Part shown: positions 9,298-12,800 of the stretch, piece after piece
Layout: every line of letters starts with the position of its first letter
How positions within the stretch are numbered: the stretch's first letter is position 1
Virus record (IMG/VR): IMGVR_UViG_2563366940_000002
Coordinates: 1-12,800 of that record
From: a virus
Lineage: Duplodnaviria > Heunggongvirae > Uroviricota > Caudoviricetes
DNA: 12,800 nucleotides
Strand: one strand, 5' to 3'
Program-made: the position numbers and the translations under genes
Notes under the pieces: model-generated
Told to the model about the DNA's origin: nothing
Databases searched by the model: none
What the model saw: the letters and a program-made list of their open reading frames with translations, nothing else

Positions 9298-9510
9298 ACA
9301 CTCCCCCGGGAACCAGAAAGGATCTGAAAATGGCGTTTTCTAACAAAAACAGCCTTTGTCAGATCCTTTTATATTTTTAAAATTCTATTGATAATCAATC
9401 AGTTAAAAAGAAGAACGGATCTGATTTTTCCCTAAAAATTTTCATAAATAGCGAAAACCCGCGAGGTCGCCGCCCCGTAACCGGTCGGATCGCCGGAAAG
9501 GACCCACGAA
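9298..9510. other. lambda-type cohesive end site cos (cosB - cosN - cosQ side)
   Basis: 9450-9475 (AGCGAAAACCCGCGAGGTCGCCGCCC) is the exact reverse complement of the remembered lambda left-end sequence GGGCGGCGACCTCGCGGGTTTTCGCT; the 12-nt cohesive end GGGCGGCGACCT maps to 9464-9475 on the minus strand. Flanking sequence on the lysis side (reverse complement GGCGATCCGACCGGTTACG) resembles the lambda right end; the AT-rich stretch 9300-9450 towards Nu1 resembles cosB. Confidence 0.85.
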
Positions 9511-9587
9511 ATGATAATTATTATCATCTATATAAGGTTTATCACAACATGTGTGTACGCCATCAAACCACGAGAAATAATCAATTA

Positions 9588-9620
9588 TGACGCAGGTATC
9601 GTATTAATTGATCTGCGTCA
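9588..9620. promoter_or_regulatory. 8-bp perfect inverted repeat TGACGCAG-N17-CTGCGTCA upstream of the ylcI-like gene
   Basis: Read directly: tgacgcag at 9588-9595 and ctgcgtca at 9613-9620, AT-rich 17-nt spacer, about 60 bp upstream of the 9682 start codon; a GATAAT -10-like hexamer lies between. Candidate operator or binding site; function not established. Confidence 0.3.
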
Positions 9621-9681
9621 AATTAACGTAAAAGCAACTTCAGATAATACAAATCAGCAACACTGAATATGGGGAAACATT

Positions 9682-9867
9682 ATGTCATCAAAGAACAGAA
9701 CCCGCAGAACAACAACCCGCAACATCCGATTTCCAAACCAGATGATTGAACAAATTAACATCGCTCTTGATCTGAAAGGTTCAGGAAACTTTTCAGCGTG
9801 GGTTATTGAAGCCTGCAGAAGAAGGCTGTCAACAGAGAGTTCGGGTATGAATTACATAATTAAGTAA
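9682..9867 (+). CDS. ylcI: YlcI-like small protein (DUF3950 family), function unknown
   Basis: 61 aa beginning MSSKNRTRRTTTRNIRFPNQMIEQINIAL..GSGNFSAWVIEACRRRL, which I recognise from memory as the YlcI/DUF3950 family found next to nohD (Nu1 homologue) in the E. coli DLP12 prophage. ATG at 9682 preceded by GGGGAAA; opposite strand to all structural genes. Confidence 0.7.
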   Translation: MSSKNRTRRTTTRNIRFPNQMIEQINIALDLKGSGNFSAWVIEACRRRLSTESSGMNYIIK

Positions 9868-9999
9868 CATGGTGTTCACAGAACACGCAGTTACCGGACA
9901 CATCAGTTTTCCATTCGCTCCCTGGCAGTACAGGCTTCCCCTCTGACGGGATAGCCTGAAAAAATAACACAGAAAATTATTTGTTATAATTAATATAAC

Positions 10000-10140
10000 T
10001 TACTCAAAAAAAAGCGACGAGAAAATCAGCATCAACGAACAATAAGCGCCAATACGTGATAACAAATGGCAGCCATATTTATCTGCAGTATAAGCAATGG
10101 ACAGGATAACCACTCCAGAAACCGTCAGCATAAAATCCAT
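10000..10140 (-). CDS. hypothetical 46-aa hydrophobic peptide (uncertain)
   Basis: Hand translation MDFMLTVSGVVILSIAYTADKYGCHLLSRIGAYCSLMLIFSSLFFE; ATG at 10140 with GGGGAAG about 7 nt upstream; two short hydrophobic segments. Lies in a T-rich (minus strand) stretch, where hydrophobic ORFs arise by chance, so it may be spurious. Confidence 0.2.
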   Translation of the reverse strand: MDFMLTVSGVVILSIAYTADKYGCHLLSRIGAYCSLMLIFSSLFFE

Positions 10141-10490
10141 TTGAACTTCCCCGGACAAAATCGACTCATCTAAAGATTTACAGCTCTTTTTATTATCAAT
10201 ATGTTAAAAGTAAAATAAACAGATGTTCAATAACACGAATACAAAAACGTGCTGAAATTCAATGAATCCATTTCTGTGTCATCAATTAATAGTGATAAAC
10301 ATCCGGCTTCTTCCACCATCGCACCGGACAGGCGACTATGAGGGGACAACGCCGCGCTCCGTTAACGCGGTAAACCCCGGTGTGTGTCGTTTTTGATTAT
10401 CCCCGCACACTCGCGCAGAGGAGTCTCCCTGTCGGGCTGCGGTCTCTGTTAATGCGGGGATACGGCGACAATACCGCGCATCAGCAAAAC

Positions 10491-10964
10491 CTATTTCAGG
10501 CACTGAGTGCGGATATAGTCCTGCGCCCCTTCCAGCTGCTTCTGCATCAGCATCAACCGTTCTCTGAGAGTGAAATAATCCCGTTCAGCGGTGTCTGCCA
10601 GTTGGGGGCCGGTTGCATTATCCACGCGGGCGGTGCCGGTGGCTTCACGCACGGGACCTGGACAGGTGGCGTTGATACGCAGGCGCTTACGACCAGCGGC
10701 AACGTCAGCGCGAAGAGTTTCATTTTCAGCTCTCGCATCGGCTAATTCCCTCGAGTATTTTGCATCGAGCGCAGCAACATCGCGCTGGCGCACCTGCATA
10801 TCAGTAATGGTTGCGTTCGCCAGCTTCAGTTCACTGGCTTTGTTATCGCGCTGCGCTTTGTAGGTAATCGCGTTATCACGGTAATGGTCTGTTGCCATCC
10901 ACAGCGCTCCACAGGCCACCAGCAGAATAACGATAAACGCGGAAAGCATTCGGTTTATGTTCAC
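10491..10964 (-). CDS. Rz: i-spanin (inner-membrane spanin subunit)
   Basis: 157 aa versus lambda Rz 153 aa; N-terminal transmembrane segment then [14 protein letters not shown]....[45 protein letters not shown]...REAT...[33 protein letters not shown], strongly colinear with lambda Rz. GTG start at 10964-10962 overlaps the upstream gene stop (GTGA). Confidence 0.9.
   Translation of the reverse strand: MNINRMLSAFIVILLVACGALWMATDHYRDNAITYKAQRDNKASELKLANATITDMQVRQRDVAALDAKYSRELADARAENETLRADVAAGRKRLRINATCPGPVREATGTARVDNATGPQLADTAERDYFTLRERLMLMQKQLEGAQDYIRTQCLK
10553..10738 (-). CDS. Rz1: o-spanin (outer-membrane lipoprotein spanin subunit), embedded in +1 frame of Rz
   Basis: 61 aa; lipobox LPLVVSAC then proline-rich [27 protein letters not shown], matching remembered lambda Rz1 (LPLVVVGC...[27 protein letters not shown]). 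Entirely inside Rz in another frame, as in lambda. Confidence 0.85.
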   Translation of the reverse strand: MRELKMKLFALTLPLVVSACVSTPPVQVPCVKPPAPPAWIMQPAPNWQTPLNGIISLSENG

Positions 10965-11092
10965 CCCAGCAGCCCCGACGAAGACAACATCATCCAGGCC
11001 ATGGAAAGAAAAAGAGCAACCAGCATTAGTGAAAATGAAATGCCGACAATTACACAGAGGATCTTCGCCAGCGTTATGAGTTTGTCTGACAT
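10961..11092 (-). CDS. hypothetical 43-aa hydrophobic membrane peptide
   Basis: [43 protein letters not shown]; ATG at 11092-11090 preceded by AAGGGAGGA with ideal spacing; stop overlaps Rz GTG start; upstream gene stop TGA overlaps this Shine-Dalgarno. About 34 consecutive hydrophobic residues. The ORF-track version (73 aa from 11182) is trimmed to this internal start. Confidence 0.5.
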   Translation of the reverse strand: MSDKLITLAKILCVIVGISFSLMLVALFLSMAWMMLSSSGLLG

Positions 11093-11106
11093 GCTTAATC
11101 CTCCCT

Positions 11107-11289
11107 TCACGATTTCAACGCAATGACCAGTTTTGCCAGCCCATACAGCATCGGGGACACAGCAACACCGACCGCCACCCACTTAATGGCAAAAGCCAGT
11201 GCTCTGCTGATGTCATCAGTTACAGGCGCTTTCAGTTCAAGGCCGTTTTTCATAGTCAACCTCAACAGAATTCGTTTATACTTTTCCAT
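11107..11289 (-). CDS. hypothetical 60-aa tail-anchored membrane protein
   Basis: [60 protein letters not shown]; ATG at 11289-11287 preceded by AAGGGAGAA; basic N-terminal region and one C-terminal transmembrane segment. Trimmed from the ORF-track start at 11322, which has no ribosome-binding site. Confidence 0.5.
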   Translation of the reverse strand: MEKYKRILLRLTMKNGLELKAPVTDDISRALAFAIKWVAVGVAVSPMLYGLAKLVIALKS

Positions 11290-11322
11290 GTTCTCCCTTG
11301 CCTTATCCAAGGTCAGAAACAC

Positions 11323-11355
11323 AAAACCCCGCTTGCAGCCAACAAACGGGGTTTT
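11323..11355. terminator. putative bidirectional intrinsic terminator between endolysin and the small membrane-protein genes
   Basis: 13-bp stem with one mismatch (aaaaccccgcttg at 11323-11335 pairs with caaacggggtttt at 11343-11355), 7-nt loop, A-tract / T-tract arms, and T-rich flanks on both strands (plus: ttacttttatt; minus: gtgtttctg). Confidence 0.5.
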
Positions 11356-11445
11356 TACTTTTATTCACTTAGGTTTTGCCAGTTCTCAGGATTTCGTGTT
11401 ATCCGTCCGCATTAGCCAACGTCATTTTTCAACAAAATATTCTGC

Positions 11446-11979
11446 TTATTTGTCAATTCCCCAGCACGCCAGCGCGCTCTCCTGGTCACGCCGTGAGACC
11501 TGTCCATAGCAGTTATTTGAACGAATACGGCAGTCTCTGCCACCGTCCTTAATCCACCAGCGAATCGCCTCACATGCTCCCCTGCGATCGCCAGCATTAA
11601 TTCGTCTGTAAAACGTCGACGGGAAACACTTACCGGGACCAATGTTGTACGGACAGAATGACGCGATCCCCGCTTTCTGGGGTTCGGTCAATGGCACTTT
11701 GATGTTTTTCTCCACCCATGCCAGCGCCTTATCACGCTCAATGGCGTTAACCCGGTCGCATTTTTCCTTCGACAACTTCATGCCCGGAACGACAGGTTTG
11801 CCATCCACCAGGATGGCACCGCGGCAGATGGTCCAGATACCCGCGCCATCACGGTATGCCGTGGTGTGGTTACCTTCCTTTTCATCCAGAAACTGGTCGA
11901 GAATGTCAGGCGCAGGCGCACCAGCGGCAATCAGCGCCAGAACGGCAGCCGACAGGCCGTATCTGATTTTTGCGTTCAT
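11446..11979 (-). CDS. R: endolysin, T4-type lysozyme fold (GH24) with probable N-terminal SAR (signal-anchor-release) domain
   Basis: 177 aa; catalytic spacing E-x8-D-x5-T in FLDEKEGNHTTAYRDGAGIWT as in T4 lysozyme and P21-type R; Gly/Ala-rich weakly hydrophobic N-terminus (GLSAAVLALIAAGAPAP) typical of SAR endolysins; overall resemblance to remembered P21/DLP12 RrrD-type lysozymes. ATG at 11979. Confidence 0.9.
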   Translation of the reverse strand: MNAKIRYGLSAAVLALIAAGAPAPDILDQFLDEKEGNHTTAYRDGAGIWTICRGAILVDGKPVVPGMKLSKEKCDRVNAIERDKALAWVEKNIKVPLTEPQKAGIASFCPYNIGPGKCFPSTFYRRINAGDRRGACEAIRWWIKDGGRDCRIRSNNCYGQVSRRDQESALACWGIDK

Positions 11980-12084
11980 GGATATTTATCAGGATTTATC
12001 GGTTTCTGAGCCCTGGATATGTTTATCAGTTCCAGCCTGTTGCCTCAGGCTGCTAACAGGTCAATACAATCATGAGGATTATTT

Positions 12085-12357
12085 ATGGACAATAACACCA
12101 TTTCTCTACAGGAGTTGCTCGACAGCATTTCCAGGCTTCGGGAAGACGTGAATACCCTTACCGTCGCCTTCTCATATCTGGCATTCTCAATTCCAAGGGA
12201 ACAGATGCAATCAACGCTGGCATCAATCCAGTTTGAATCATGCAATCCCAAATGGTCTCAGGAACAACAAGACTCTTTCAGGCGGCTTGCTGTATTACTG
12301 GATGAAAAATATGCTGGTAAAATTACCATTTCGGCGGACTCTTCAGAGAACCCGTAA
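12085..12357 (+). CDS. hypothetical protein, 90 aa, no recognised family
   Basis: ATG at 12085 preceded by GAGGA at about 7 nt; possible sigma70-like TTGCCT ... TACAAT upstream (12040-12070, spacing slightly long). No transmembrane segment, N-terminal region looks helical. Overlaps the 3' end of the convergent 114-aa ORF by 35 nt, so one of the two may be spurious. Confidence 0.4.
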   Translation: MDNNTISLQELLDSISRLREDVNTLTVAFSYLAFSIPREQMQSTLASIQFESCNPKWSQEQQDSFRRLAVLLDEKYAGKITISADSSENP

Positions 12358-12667
12358 TTATTCCCGGTAGTTTTCCTCTGTAGGTTATCAACACATCCTG
12401 CGCCTCTAAAATTACGGGGCGCTTTTCCGGCGACTGCTCATCCCCTTCACATAACCCGGCAGCAACATCCAGGAAGACCTGTCTGATGCTCCTTCTGGCT
12501 GCTGCCTCATAAAACTCCAGCGCGGCACCTTCAACACGGTCCAGCGAGATGTCCAGGTCAAAAATTTCACCGTCAAAGCGTTTTTTGTCCCGTAACGCTA
12601 AAGTTACCGTAACTTTATTCTCAAAATTGCGGATCCCTTTCACAATCAGTTTATAGTTTTGAGTCAT
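12323..12667 (-). CDS. hypothetical protein, 114 aa, no recognised family
   Basis: MTQNYKLIVKGIRNFENKVTVTLALRDKKRFDGEIFDLDISLDRVEGAALEFYEAAARRSIRQ...; ATG at 12667-12665 preceded by GGGGAGAG. Same strand as the lysis genes; no transmembrane segment, so not a holin. The ORF-track 5' extension to 12799 is read-through of the IS end and is discarded. Confidence 0.5.
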   Translation of the reverse strand: MTQNYKLIVKGIRNFENKVTVTLALRDKKRFDGEIFDLDISLDRVEGAALEFYEAAARRSIRQVFLDVAAGLCEGDEQSPEKRPVILEAQDVLITYRGKLPGIITGSLKSPPKW

Positions 12668-12706
12668 TGAATTACTCTCCCCGTGCAGCCTTACGACGGT
12701 CCTCTC

Positions 12707-12800
12707 TGAACCGCCCCGGGAATCCTGGAGACTAAACTTCCTGAGAAAGAGGTAAACAGGATGACTAAAAATACTCGTTTTTCCCCCGAAGTCCGTCAAC
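12707..12800 (+). mobile_element. left end of an IS3-family insertion sequence (IS629 / IS1203-like), truncated by window edge
   Basis: 12707 onward reads TGAACCGCCCCGGGAATCCTGGAGACTAAACTTCCTGAGAAAGAGGTAAACAGG ATG ACT AAA AAT ACT CGT TTT TCC CCC GAA GTC CGT CAA, which I recognise from memory as the IS629-type left inverted repeat plus the start of orfA (MTKNTRFSPEVRQ). Confidence 0.85.
12761..12800 (+). CDS. IS3-family transposase OrfA, first 13 codons only
   Basis: ATG at 12761 preceded by AGAGG; translation MTKNTRFSPEVRQ matches the remembered N-terminus of IS629/IS1203 OrfA; truncated by window end. Confidence 0.8.
   Translation, partial: MTKNTRFSPEVRQ

Noticed and set aside
10262-10396. 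Plus-strand 44-codon ORF (MNPFLCHQ...) in the AT-rich spacer
   Set aside because: No ribosome-binding site and no compositional or motif support; likely chance ORF.
10380-10745. Plus-strand 121-aa ORF overlapping Rz/Rz1 on the opposite strand
   Set aside because: Antisense to the conserved Rz/Rz1 pair, no ribosome-binding site, low-complexity translation.
11123-12151. Plus-strand ORFs of 128 aa (11123-11509) and 169 aa (11642-12151) antisense to the membrane-protein genes and the endolysin
   Set aside because: Antisense shadows of supported minus-strand genes; Ser/Ala/Pro-rich translations with no recognisable motif.
12045-12251. Minus-strand 68-aa ORF upstream of the endolysin, considered as a possible holin
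   Set aside because: Begins with TTG, has no ribosome-binding site and no transmembrane segment; it is antisense to the better-supported plus-strand 90-aa ORF.
12668-12799. 5' extension of the 114-aa ORF to 12799 (158 aa in the ORF track)
   Set aside because: The extension is translated from the antisense strand of the IS inverted repeat and orfA start; the real start is the ATG at 12667 with its own Shine-Dalgarno.
1-12800. Searched by eye for tRNA genes, CRISPR repeats, integrase or attachment sites
   Set aside because: No tRNA-like T-arm motifs, no regularly spaced direct repeats, and no integrase-like ORF in any frame; the window is internal to the prophage, so att sites are not expected here.

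Overview
The window is a lambda-like (lambdoid) prophage segment from an enterobacterial host, running on the minus strand from lysis genes through cos into the head and proximal tail genes. All homology calls are from reading the translations against remembered phage lambda / P21 proteins; nothing was searched or computed. Right to left: a partial IS3-family (IS629-like) element at the window edge, two unassigned convergent ORFs, a SAR-type endolysin, an intrinsic terminator, two tiny membrane-protein genes, Rz with embedded Rz1, an AT-rich spacer, a YlcI/DUF3950-like gene on the plus strand, a lambda-type cos site, then Nu1-A-W-B-C-D-E-FI-FII-Z-U and the start of V. The head/packaging block is syntenic with lambda and tightly translationally coupled. 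The accessory content worth a second look is concentrated at 9.5-12.7 kb: no recognisable holin upstream of the endolysin, an unassigned membrane-protein pair between R and Rz, an unassigned convergent gene pair in the Q-S moron position, and an IS element cutting the late region off from whatever lay upstream. No tRNA, rRNA or CRISPR array was seen.
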